Made by a program: the position numbers and the translations under genes
Origin: Candidatus Latescibacterota bacterium
GTDB taxonomy: Bacteria > Latescibacterota > UBA2968 > GCA-2709665
NCBI GenBank assembly: GCA_965116875.1
Contig: OZ220733.1
Span: 3,552,001 to 3,616,000 of the forward strand
Reading direction: 5' to 3'
Length of the DNA: 64,000 bases
Notes under the pieces: generated by a model
What the model saw: only the letters and a program-made list of their open reading frames with translations
Told to the model about the DNA's origin: nothing
Database searches by the model: none
Part shown: piece by piece, positions 9,624-18,766 of the stretch
Numbering within the stretch: position 1 is the first letter of the stretch
How the letters are laid out: the number at the start of each line of letters is the position of its first letter

Positions 9624-10565
9624 ATGAATTACCGCACGCTCGGGCGAACCGGTCTTCGAGTCTCCGTTCTGGGCATCGGTACGGGCGGACCGAGCCAGTT
9701 CGGACAGAATTCCGGCGTATCCGAGACCGACGTCAGCCGGATGGTGCGCAGGGCGCTGGCGCTGGGCGTGAATTTCTTCGATACCGCCGCAGGTTACGGG
9801 GAGAGCGAAGCCATTCTCGGCAGGGCGCTAGCGGGCGCGCCGAGGGAGGACTACGTTCTGGCCACAAAGGTACAGGTGGCGCGCGACGACTGGACCGCCA
9901 CGCCGGAAGACGTGGTCGTCACCGTGGAACGGAGCCTCGAACGGCTGCGGGTGGACGTGATCGACATTATGCAGTTCCACGGCGTGAAACCGGAAGACTA
10001 TGCACGCACGATCGAGATTTTTCTGCCTGTAATGGCGCGGCTTCAGGAACAGGGCAAATTCCGCTTTCTCGGCGTATCGGAGACGTATTCCCAGGATTTC
10101 CGGCACGAGATGTTTCCAATGGCGCTTGCGGACGACCATTTCGACACGGCAATGGTCGGATACAATATGATAAGCCCAACCGCGGAGCATCGCGTCCTGC
10201 CGATGTGCCGCGAAAAAAACGTGGGTGTGATCTGCATGGTAGCGGTACGCCGGGCGTTGAGCAGGCCGGACGTGCTGGCGGAACGCATCGCCTATGCAAA
10301 GGAAAAGGGCCTGATCGAGCGGGATTCCGTGCCGGACGACGATCCGCTGGGCTGGCTCGTGAAGGGCCACGTGACTTCGCTGCCGTCGGCCGCCTACAAA
10401 TACGTGGCGTCGCATCCGGCGATGGGCACGGTCCTGACGGGTACGGCGAATATCGATCACCTGGAAGCGAACGTGAAGGCCATTCTGGGTCCGCCGCTAC
10501 CTGACGACGATATGGCGCGATTGAGAGAAACCTTTGGCGGGGTGTGGGAGCCGTTGGGGAATTGA
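9624..10565 (+). CDS. Aldo/keto reductase
   Basis: MNYRTLGRTGLRVSVLGIG, FDTAAGYG, ATK, SLERLRVDVID. Confidence 0.9.
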   Translation: MNYRTLGRTGLRVSVLGIGTGGPSQFGQNSGVSETDVSRMVRRALALGVNFFDTAAGYGESEAILGRALAGAPREDYVLATKVQVARDDWTATPEDVVVTVERSLERLRVDVIDIMQFHGVKPEDYARTIEIFLPVMARLQEQGKFRFLGVSETYSQDFRHEMFPMALADDHFDTAMVGYNMISPTAEHRVLPMCREKNVGVICMVAVRRALSRPDVLAERIAYAKEKGLIERDSVPDDDPLGWLVKGHVTSLPSAAYKYVASHPAMGTVLTGTANIDHLEANVKAILGPPLPDDDMARLRETFGGVWEPLGN

Positions 10566-10605
10566 GGCGGTCCGGTGATCGCTCGCTTGTCGAAAGGTTC
10601 ATTCC

Positions 10606-11712
10606 ATGATCGAGACAACTGCCGAATCCGAGGCACTGGCCGCCGCCGGCCGGAAATCCGGTTTCACGCTTATAGACGCGGACGTCCACAATTATCCCGA
10701 TTCCATTGACGAACTCCTGCCCTACCTGTCGAGGCGATGGCGGGCGTACGTGAAGCAGTCGGGGTTCACGATCCCGTCGGTTTCGATCTACCCCAAGCTC
10801 TATGCGCAGGCGGCGCGGCGCGACGCGTGGCCTTCAAATGGCAGGAAGCCCGGTTCGGACGCCGGGTTTGCCCGGGAACAGCTGCTTGACACATGGGACA
10901 TTGATTTTGCGGTCCTCAACCCGCTCGTCGCGGTGTCGTCCGTGCGGAATATCGATCTTGCAAACGCGCTGCAGCGGGCCGTCAATGAATGGACTCGTGA
11001 GGCCTGGCTGGATGCCGACAGCCGGTGGCGCGGCTCGATCGTCGTCAACATTCAGGATGCCGAAGCCGCCGCCGCCGAGATCGAGCGCGCGGCCGCCGAC
11101 CGGCGTTTTGTGCAGGTGCTGCTGCTCGTGCGCTCGTACGCGCCCTACGGCCGTCGTGAATTCCGGCCCATCTTTCGTGCCGCGGCCGCTGCGGACCTGC
11201 CCGTGGGCATTCACTTTGGCGGCGGCGGCAATCCCATTACGGCAAGCGGATGGCCATCCTATTACATCGAGGACCACACGGCAATGTCGCAGGCCTTTGA
11301 GGCGCAGGTGATCAGCCTCGTATGCGAAGGCGTCTTCGAGGACCTGCCAACGTCCAGGGTCGCCCTCGTTGAAGGCGGATTCGCATGGCTGCCTGCACTC
11401 ATGTGGCGGCTTGACAAGAATTACCGCGGTCTGCGCGGCGAAGTGCCCTGGCTCACGAAGCTGCCCAGCGAATACATCCTGGACCACTTCCGTGCGACGA
11501 CGCAGCCCATGGAGGAGCCGTCGAATCCCCGGCACCTGCTCGCCATTCTGGATATGATCGGACGCGAGGACTTCCTCATGTTCGCCACCGACTACCCGCA
11601 CTGGGACTTCGACGCACCGGACCGGGCCCTGCCCCGGGTCATCAACGGCGCCCTCAGACAGCGCATTTTTGCCGATAACGCGGCGGCCTTCTATGGTCTC
11701 GAAGACGGTTGA
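10606..11712 (+). CDS. Amidohydrolase_2-fold protein, probable dinuclear-metal oxygenase (PtmU3/AibH-like)
   Basis: IDADVH, GIHFGG, VEGG, TDYPHWDFD motifs; overlaps a Rieske ferredoxin gene. Confidence 0.75.
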   Translation: MIETTAESEALAAAGRKSGFTLIDADVHNYPDSIDELLPYLSRRWRAYVKQSGFTIPSVSIYPKLYAQAARRDAWPSNGRKPGSDAGFAREQLLDTWDIDFAVLNPLVAVSSVRNIDLANALQRAVNEWTREAWLDADSRWRGSIVVNIQDAEAAAAEIERAAADRRFVQVLLLVRSYAPYGRREFRPIFRAAAAADLPVGIHFGGGGNPITASGWPSYYIEDHTAMSQAFEAQVISLVCEGVFEDLPTSRVALVEGGFAWLPALMWRLDKNYRGLRGEVPWLTKLPSEYILDHFRATTQPMEEPSNPRHLLAILDMIGREDFLMFATDYPHWDFDAPDRALPRVINGALRQRIFADNAAAFYGLEDG

Positions 11713-12058
11713 CATCGGGTCGATTGACGACTTCGAGCCCGGACGGGCACGCCGGGTTGAGGCCGGAGGACGGGCGCTGATGGTGGTGCGGAGCGGCTTG
11801 CGGTTTTTCGCGTTGCGCGATATCTGTCCCCACCAGGGTGCGCCCCTGTCCGCGGGAAAGGTGGACGGCACAGCCCTGCCGTGTCGACCGGGCCAGGAAA
11901 TCTCCTACGGACGCCTGGGCGAAATCCTCACCTGTCCCTGGCACGGCTGGCAATTCGAGCTGGCAACCGGCCGCGCTCTGATCGAGCCGGAGCAATACCG
12001 GGTGCGGGTCTATCCCGTACGGGTTTCCGGCGGCCGTGTGATCGTGCAGATGGACTAG
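11693..12058 (+). CDS. Rieske [2Fe-2S] ferredoxin
   Basis: CPHQGAPL and CPWHGWQF ligand motifs; ATG 11693 overlaps the upstream gene. Confidence 0.85.
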   Translation: MVSKTVDIGSIDDFEPGRARRVEAGGRALMVVRSGLRFFALRDICPHQGAPLSAGKVDGTALPCRPGQEISYGRLGEILTCPWHGWQFELATGRALIEPEQYRVRVYPVRVSGGRVIVQMD

Positions 12059-12069
12059 TGTTCTGTCCC
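12055..12069 (+). mobile_element. Isolated terminus of MITE family M3 at the Rieske stop codon
   Basis: CTAGTGTTCTGTCCC is identical to the left flank and end of the element at 63068-63082. Confidence 0.45.
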
Positions 12070-12146
12070 TTCCGCGTGTCCTCGGCCTCGACATTCATCG
12101 CGCCGGACACACAGGCGACAACTCCCCGATCGGAGCCACGACGAGT

Positions 12147-13331
12147 TTGATCCGGATCAGCAATCCGTTTTCCGAGTGGAACCGGGACTTCAGACTCCTG
12201 GGCGCGGCGGCGTTTTCCGTGGGCGTGTTTTTCGGCGTCCAACTGACGTTGTACAACAACTTCGCCGTGGAACGCCTCGGCATCGAGCCGCACGAACTCG
12301 GGTACGTGGAAGCCCTTCGGGAGACGTCGGGGTTCCTGAACGCGTTCTTCATCGCGCTGATGATCCGGCTGGCCCCGCCGGTCGTCGCCGGCGTTTCCCT
12401 GGTGGTGATGGGCGCGGGCCTCGCCGCGTACGCGGACGTGCATACCGTTTTCTCCCTCGCGGTTTATTCGGCGCTGTGGGGCATCGGGTTCCATTGCTGG
12501 ATCCCGATGGAGCAATCCATGGCGCTGCGGTTTTCTCCCGAGGGCAGGAAGGGGAAATGGCTGGGTCAGTTGAGGAGCGTACACGCCTTTGCGTGGCTGC
12601 TGACCATCGGTGTCTGCAATCTGATTTTCCATATGGCCCGCTACGACTGGCTGTTCGCGGCTGCCGGAGCAATCACCGCGCTGGGCGGGCTGACGATCTT
12701 CTTTGCCAGCCGGAAACGCCCGGATATGCGGGAGAAGAGTTTCGTTTTCCGCCGCCGCTACGGTCTGTATTATGCGTTGAATTTCCTGCAGGGCTGCCGG
12801 AAGCAGATGTTCATCACGTTTGCCATCTTCGCGCTGGTGAAAGTCCATGGGATGCCGGTGGAAACGACGATGGCGCTCGTACTGATCAATCAGACGCTGA
12901 TTACGTTAACGGCCCCGCTGATGGGCCGGCTGGTTGACAGGCACGGCGAACGGGCCGTGCTCAGCTGGAGCTACATCGGGCTGGCCTTCGTCTTTTTCGG
13001 TTACGGCGCGATTCAGCACCGTCCGACGCTGTACGTGCTTTATTGCGTGGACAACCTTATTTTCTTCGGGGGAATCGCATTGACCACGTACCTGCACAAG
13101 ATCTCGCCTCCGGAGGACCTGAAGCCCACGCTGTCCATGGGCGTTACAATGAATCATTTCGCAGCGGTGGCGGCGCCGCTTGTCGGCGGGCTGGTCTGGC
13201 GTTACTTCGGCTACCAGGTGATCTTTTTCAGCGGCGCGGTTCTGGCCCTGATCTCGCTGGTGGTGAGCCAGTGGGTGGATCCCGAGGGTATGTTGCGGCG
13301 GGAGCGCGAAGCGGTCGCATTGGCGGACTGA
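12147..13331 (+). CDS. MFS transporter
   Basis: About 12 hydrophobic segments; GRLVDRHGER motif-A-like loop. Confidence 0.8.
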   Translation: MIRISNPFSEWNRDFRLLGAAAFSVGVFFGVQLTLYNNFAVERLGIEPHELGYVEALRETSGFLNAFFIALMIRLAPPVVAGVSLVVMGAGLAAYADVHTVFSLAVYSALWGIGFHCWIPMEQSMALRFSPEGRKGKWLGQLRSVHAFAWLLTIGVCNLIFHMARYDWLFAAAGAITALGGLTIFFASRKRPDMREKSFVFRRRYGLYYALNFLQGCRKQMFITFAIFALVKVHGMPVETTMALVLINQTLITLTAPLMGRLVDRHGERAVLSWSYIGLAFVFFGYGAIQHRPTLYVLYCVDNLIFFGGIALTTYLHKISPPEDLKPTLSMGVTMNHFAAVAAPLVGGLVWRYFGYQVIFFSGAVLALISLVVSQWVDPEGMLRREREAVALAD

Positions 13332-13454
13332 ATGCCGCGGCATACCGGGTCGCCGTGCTGCCGGCAATGGACGAAAGGCGAACCGGATTCTGCCGGGGCG
13401 GGCATTCGGACGCATGTGCGGGAGAACACGATTGTTTCGGATAGGGAGGGCAGG

Positions 13455-14408
13455 ATGAAATTTCGAGAACTTGGGAGAACGGGAATTCAGGTCTCTGAGG
13501 TGGGGTTGGGTTGCTGGCCGATCGGCGGGGCGTCGTTCCGGGGCGGCAGTCCAACGGGCTGGTCCGGTGTGGACGTGATGGCGTCGATCGAAACCGTCCG
13601 TGCATCCTGGGCGCACGGCGTGACGTTCTACGATACGGCGGATGCGTACGGCCGGGGGAAGAGCGAGGTGCTGGTGGGCCTGGGATTGTACGGGAACAAG
13701 AACGACGCCGTGATTTGCACCAAGGTTGGGATGAGCCTCGCGGCGCCGGGACAGGACTTCTCGGAGCCGTATATTCTGGGTGCGCTGGACGCGAGCCTTA
13801 CGCGTCTGGAGCGGGATTACGTCGATCTCTACCTGCTGCACGGCCCTCCCCTGGAAGGGATGACGGACGCGCTGTTCGGGTTGATGAACGATCTGAAGGG
13901 TTCGGGCAAGATTCGTGCATGGGGCGTGTCGATCAGTCCGGTGGAAACCTCCGACGTGGTCGTGGAGGAAGGGATGCGCGCCATGGAGGGCGGCGCCGAG
14001 GCGATTCAACTGGTGTACAATTTGCTTCAGCAGAAGGAGGGTGACGCCCTGTTCCCGGCGGCCATGGAAAAGGGGGTGGGGATGATCGCGCGGGTGCCGC
14101 TGGCGTCGGGCTGGCTGACGGGAAAGTACAACGAGAATACCGCGTTTCCCGCGGACGATCTGCGGAGTCTCAGGTACACGCCCGACAGGGTGAAGGAGAC
14201 GGCGGCGCAGGTCGGCAAGCTGGGTTTTCTGCTGGAGGAGGCGGATTCGATGGTCGACGCGGCGCTGCGGTTCGTGCTTTCGAATCCCGCGGTTTCCACC
14301 GTCATTCCCGGGGCGAAGACGCCCGCGCAACTCGACGGTGTCGTCAGGGCGGCCGGGAAGACGCTCTCACGCGAATCGCTGGACCGGATCCGGGAGGTTT
14401 TCGACTGA
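13455..14408 (+). CDS. Aldo/keto reductase
   Basis: MKFRELGRTGIQVSEVGLG, YDTADAYG, DLYLLHGP, VIPGAKT; GGAGG RBS. Confidence 0.9.
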   Translation: MKFRELGRTGIQVSEVGLGCWPIGGASFRGGSPTGWSGVDVMASIETVRASWAHGVTFYDTADAYGRGKSEVLVGLGLYGNKNDAVICTKVGMSLAAPGQDFSEPYILGALDASLTRLERDYVDLYLLHGPPLEGMTDALFGLMNDLKGSGKIRAWGVSISPVETSDVVVEEGMRAMEGGAEAIQLVYNLLQQKEGDALFPAAMEKGVGMIARVPLASGWLTGKYNENTAFPADDLRSLRYTPDRVKETAAQVGKLGFLLEEADSMVDAALRFVLSNPAVSTVIPGAKTPAQLDGVVRAAGKTLSRESLDRIREVFD

Positions 14409-14527
14409 ATGTACTCCGTTGAAGAACGGCCGGCAACGTGAGCCGGTCCCGCGGCCCCGTCATTGGTCGCGCACGCGGAACCTTTACAGGAAGCATTCAG
14501 CGCAATTACAGGATGGAGGACGACCAG

Positions 14528-15511
14528 ATGGTAGGGTTTGCGGTGGTTGGCCTGGGTATGGGACGGAACCGGTCCAGATTGATACAGGACACGGACGGGG
14601 CTGAATTGAAGATGGTCGTGGATCTGGACGAAACCCGTCTCAGGGACGTGAGTTCGGAACTGGACGTGGAAGGCACAGTGGACCTGGACGCGGCGTTGGG
14701 TCGTGATGACGTGGACGTGGTGATGGTGATGACGCCAAGCGGGACCCATGCAGAGTTGGGAATACGGGCCGCGCGCGCGGGCAAGCACGTGATTACGACC
14801 AAGCCCATGGACGTGTCTACCGAAGCTTGCGACCGGCTGATCGCTGCATGCGACCAGGCCGGTGTACTCTGCGGCGTGGATTACGTCAGCCGGTACGCGG
14901 ACAGCACCTGGCGCGTGGCCGAGGCGCTTCGGCAGGGCTGGCTCGGGAAACCCATTCTGGGCGAAGTCAGATTCAAGTGGTTCAGAGCGCAGTCCTACTT
15001 CGAGGCAAGCGGCGGATGGCGCGGTACGTGGAAGATGGACGGCGGCGGGTCGCTGGCAAACCAGGGCGCGCACCTGCTGGACGTGTTGTGCTGGTTCATG
15101 GGAGACGCGGTTTCCGTCTATGGCGAAACGGCCATCATGAATCACGAAATCGAGACCGAGGATATAGGGCTTGCAATCGTGAATTTCGAGAGCGGCGCGA
15201 AGGGTACGATCGTTGGAACGACGACGTTCCCGGCAAGTCCGTACTTCAGCGCCGAAGTCCACGGAACGACCGGCGGCGTGCTGATCCCCGACGTGCTCAC
15301 CGGCAGTATGCGGGTATTTGGCGAGGGATTGGAGGAACGGCTGGCGGCGGTGGAGAACCCGCTCAAGAATATCGTGCAGGACGTGGTCAGCGCGGTGGAG
15401 AGAAAGACGCCGCTCCGGGTGGATGGAAGGGAGGGACGCCGTACGGTGGCCTTGCTGGAGGCCATCTACACGTCTGCGAGGAAAGGCCGGCGGATTGACC
15501 TTGGCGCATAA
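14528..15511 (+). CDS. Gfo/Idh/MocA family oxidoreductase
   Basis: FAVVGLGMG, TPSGTH, TKPM, WRGTWKMDGGGSLANQGAH. Confidence 0.85.
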   Translation: MVGFAVVGLGMGRNRSRLIQDTDGAELKMVVDLDETRLRDVSSELDVEGTVDLDAALGRDDVDVVMVMTPSGTHAELGIRAARAGKHVITTKPMDVSTEACDRLIAACDQAGVLCGVDYVSRYADSTWRVAEALRQGWLGKPILGEVRFKWFRAQSYFEASGGWRGTWKMDGGGSLANQGAHLLDVLCWFMGDAVSVYGETAIMNHEIETEDIGLAIVNFESGAKGTIVGTTTFPASPYFSAEVHGTTGGVLIPDVLTGSMRVFGEGLEERLAAVENPLKNIVQDVVSAVERKTPLRVDGREGRRTVALLEAIYTSARKGRRIDLGA

Positions 15512-15577
15512 CTGGCAAATCGTATAGACGCTTCCACGTCCGCGATTTTCCTGTCGATCCGATGCGTCATGTCCGGC

Positions 15578-16192
15578 TCACACGGATGGGGAATCGATTC
15601 TGGCCACGCCGATCATCGCGTCGCGCGTGACCAGCGGGACAAGCTCTGCCTCGGTGAGGCTTTCCGCGCCGTCAGGCCGTACCGGCAGGACCATGTAACG
15701 AAGATCCGAATTGCTGTCCCAGACACGGACTTCGACCGAATCCGGCAGATGCAGGTCGAATTCCCTGAGGACGGCCCGCGGTTCCCGTACGAGCCGCGAA
15801 CGGTAGGCGTAGGACTTGTACCAGCCGGGAGGCAGCCCGAGCAGCGGCCACGGATAACAGGAACAGAGGGTGCAGACGACGACGTTGTGGACCGACGACG
15901 TGTTTTCGAGTACAACGATCTCTGCGCCCTCCTTGCCGACGAAACCCAGTTCGGCGATCGCCGCGGTACCGTTCTCCAGCAGTCTGCGTTTGTAGCCGGG
16001 GTCCGACCAGGCGCGGGCCACCACCCGGGCGCCGTTGAGGGGTCCCACGTCTTTCTCGTACCTTTCCACGACCCTGTCTATCGTGTCGGTCGCCAGCAAC
16101 CCTTTTTCAACCAGGAGCGATTCCAGCGCCCGGGTGCGCAACGCCGCGTCGGACTCGCTCCGGACGGGTTCTTCCTGTCGTTTCATGTCCAT
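15578..16192 (-). CDS. nthA: Nitrile hydratase alpha subunit, cobalt type
   Basis: [18 protein letters not shown] metal-binding motif (Thr/Tyr indicate Co-type), [16 protein letters not shown]. Confidence 0.92.
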   Translation of the reverse strand: MDMKRQEEPVRSESDAALRTRALESLLVEKGLLATDTIDRVVERYEKDVGPLNGARVVARAWSDPGYKRRLLENGTAAIAELGFVGKEGAEIVVLENTSSVHNVVVCTLCSCYPWPLLGLPPGWYKSYAYRSRLVREPRAVLREFDLHLPDSVEVRVWDSNSDLRYMVLPVRPDGAESLTEAELVPLVTRDAMIGVARIDSPSV

Positions 16193-16201
16193 GGAACCTC
16201 T

Positions 16202-16888
16202 CTATTCCGATTCTGACTGCGCGGGAGTGAGATAACCTTCCCACATGTCCAGATAGACTGCGTCTTCGGCTTCGGCCGACTCCCCCCACAGGTCCCGCGA
16301 TTCGAAGCGTACCGCATACAGCGGTTGCTCGCGCCGCACGCACCCTCCGGGCAACTCGGCGTCCTGGAGGCTGTGGATGCCATAATAGCGCGTGATCGTA
16401 CCCGTTTTTCCCCGGACGTACCGCGGAAGCCGCGTGTGTCCTTCGGGGTGGATGTTTCTCGCGCGTACGCGGTCGCCTCCCTGAAACTGCGGCAGGACAT
16501 CCACGCGCGACGGCGTGGACGAAGCGGGTCTTCGCCTCGCGAACTTCGCCCGGACGCCATCCGGGTTGGGGTGGACGGGCGTTTCGGCGTCCGGTTTCTC
16601 CCGGAACAGCGCCACTCTCGTTTCCAACTCGTCCGACGTCATCGCTCCGGCATCGATCAGGCCCCTGATCCTGGAATGCAGCCACTTTTCGTAGTAGGTG
16701 GATGCCAGGTAATGGGCGGGGTCCATATTCTCGATGTTGTTGCGCGAACCTCCCGGGACCGGCACGGGTATGGCGACACCCATGCCGAGTACGCGTTTTT
16801 CCCACTCATGGTGGAACAGGGGTTCGTTTTCTTCGAGAATGATCGGGCCGAATCCGTGCATTCCGCCCATGTCATGGATGCCGTCCAT
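16202..16888 (-). CDS. nthB: Nitrile hydratase beta subunit
   Basis: MDGIHDMGGMHGFGP, YYEKW, GHTRLPRYVRGKTG, DMWEGYL. Confidence 0.92.
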   Translation of the reverse strand: MDGIHDMGGMHGFGPIILEENEPLFHHEWEKRVLGMGVAIPVPVPGGSRNNIENMDPAHYLASTYYEKWLHSRIRGLIDAGAMTSDELETRVALFREKPDAETPVHPNPDGVRAKFARRRPASSTPSRVDVLPQFQGGDRVRARNIHPEGHTRLPRYVRGKTGTITRYYGIHSLQDAELPGGCVRREQPLYAVRFESRDLWGESAEAEDAVYLDMWEGYLTPAQSESE

Positions 16889-16973
16889 GGGAGGGTTCCC
16901 TTGTCCGTCAGGCCTGTCTCGTCAGCGGCTTCGCGGATGGGTTGCGCCGCGGCGGACGCTTCGATCACCCGCT

Positions 16974-17675
16974 TCAGTTGTCGTTTCCTTCGTAGACGGG
17001 TCTGCCGCGAACCAGAATCCGTTTGGGATTCGGTACGTCGGACAGTTCGTCCACGCTGTGGTACCCTATCGTCATGCTTATGCGCGTGCGGTCCGTACGG
17101 TTCTCACCGATACCGTGCATGAGCAGGCTGTCGATCACCAGCATTCCACCGGCCGGCATCGGCGCAACCAGCGCCTGGTCCAGCAGGGACCGGGTCCAGT
17201 CGTGGCCGTAGAGGCGCCCTTCGATGCCGGGAAAATGGTGAGAGCCGGGGACGAGAAGCGTGGCGCCGTTTTCAACCGTCGTCTCCTGCAGATAGAAGAT
17301 CACCGTAAAGATCGTCCGCGACCATTGCCTCACGTCACGGTGGAATCCGTCCGGCCCGGTCTCCACGGACGTGTTCAGCGTTGCATGGTTGTGCCGGTTT
17401 GTGACCAGTTCGATATTGGGCCCCATCAGGCGCTCCAGTGGGTCCAGCACGATGGCGCTGGATGCCGTTTCGAGGAAAACCGGATCCCGGTCGACAAGGC
17501 TCGAGATTCTGACCACTCGCCCGTCCGCGTTTTTCACCACGGGTTCGACCTCGTCCCGGATGTCCGCAAGCACGGCCCGCCGGAGTGTGTCGATGGTCTC
17601 CCCGGGAAGCCGATCCGGAAGTCTCAGGAAGCCGTTGTGGCGAAACAGGTGTACCTGTTCCGGTGAGAGGGACAT
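16974..17675 (-). CDS. PhyH-family Fe(II)/2-oxoglutarate dioxygenase (canonical H-x-D...H)
   Basis: FRHNGFL, FHRD, ENGATLLVPGSH, MHGIGEN, RISMT. Confidence 0.85.
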   Translation of the reverse strand: MSLSPEQVHLFRHNGFLRLPDRLPGETIDTLRRAVLADIRDEVEPVVKNADGRVVRISSLVDRDPVFLETASSAIVLDPLERLMGPNIELVTNRHNHATLNTSVETGPDGFHRDVRQWSRTIFTVIFYLQETTVENGATLLVPGSHHFPGIEGRLYGHDWTRSLLDQALVAPMPAGGMLVIDSLLMHGIGENRTDRTRISMTIGYHSVDELSDVPNPKRILVRGRPVYEGNDN

Positions 17676-17689
17676 GGCGGAAGTTTCCG

Positions 17690-18427
17690 TCAGGAGGGTT
17701 GAGGGAAGGGGTGAGGGTGGCCGATGTAGATACGTTCGCCGGCGGCGAGTATTTTCTCAGGATCGTCCTTCATGACGTCGTGCGGGTCGTGGGCCTGGTA
17801 GGCGAGCGTCATGCTTCTGCGTGACGTGTCTGCGCCGTTGACGCCCGCGCCGTGGAAACAGCAATCATTGAAGAGTAGCACGCCTCCTTCCGGCATCGGT
17901 ACCGGCAGGGATTTATGGAAGAGGTCGCTCTCTTCAAATCCGCATCCGGGACGCCTCTGACGCTGGAAGGGACGCCGGTGACTGCCTGGTACGATGCGGA
18001 TGCATCCGTTCTCCAGGGTGGATTCCTCCAGGTAGACGAGGGCGGTGACCAATGTGGGGTGGTAGGGCTCCTCTCCGCTGTGCCAGTAAACGTGCTCGGA
18101 TCCGGGGGGCCTGACCATGATGTGATTGTGTTTGTTCGTGAGCAGTTCGATATTGGGTCCGAGGATGGATTTCAACGGCGTCAGGATCACCGGATGTGAC
18201 GCGGCCTCGACGTACGTGCGGTCACGGGAGAGAATCTTCGAGAGGCGCCGCACGTCACCCGGCTCACGAGAACCGGTTTTCTCCCATACGACCGGCTCGA
18301 TCATCCCGCCGATCTGCCGGTCGGTCACGGCATTCAGCCGTTCCACCAGGTCGGGCGGCAGCAGTTCAGGGACGCGGTAGAAGCCGGTGTGATTGAAATA
18401 CCAGAGGTCCTCTTCGCTCACGGACAA
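17690..18427 (-). CDS. PhyH-family Fe(II)/2OG enzyme with H-S-G replacing H-x-D (halogenase-type motif)
   Basis: WHSGEE, ENGCIRIVPGSH, FHGAGVN, RRSMT; clearly paralogous to the adjacent gene. Confidence 0.8.
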   Translation of the reverse strand: MSVSEEDLWYFNHTGFYRVPELLPPDLVERLNAVTDRQIGGMIEPVVWEKTGSREPGDVRRLSKILSRDRTYVEAASHPVILTPLKSILGPNIELLTNKHNHIMVRPPGSEHVYWHSGEEPYHPTLVTALVYLEESTLENGCIRIVPGSHRRPFQRQRRPGCGFEESDLFHKSLPVPMPEGGVLLFNDCCFHGAGVNGADTSRRSMTLAYQAHDPHDVMKDDPEKILAAGERIYIGHPHPFPQPS

Positions 18428-18766
18428 GGCATTCCCCCGTCATGTGTGAATTGCGTCACGGATCGGCGAATATGGTAAAGCGGTTCCGGACGCCTTGTCA
18501 AGCGTATTCTGGCTGTCCGCACGGGGGATGCGGGAGTGCAAGGGCGGGAACCGGTACGCGCGGACTGACAGGATCCAATGCGGTTCGTTTTTACTGTGGC
18601 GTGAAATCGAAAAAACGTTATATTTAGGTATGACGTGCGTTTGATGCCCACACCCGTCGGGCGTCTCAACGTTTCAGCCAGTCAGGGTGGGCGGACGATC
18701 TGCAAGGGTCGAGCGGCCGTTCCCCAAGGGGCGGTCTTTTTACGTACACCACGAAAGGGTTGCTAC

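Noticed and set aside
18430-18766. Possible cobalamin riboswitch upstream of the B12 radical SAM gene
   Set aside because: No B12-box or GCCACTG core could be found by eye.
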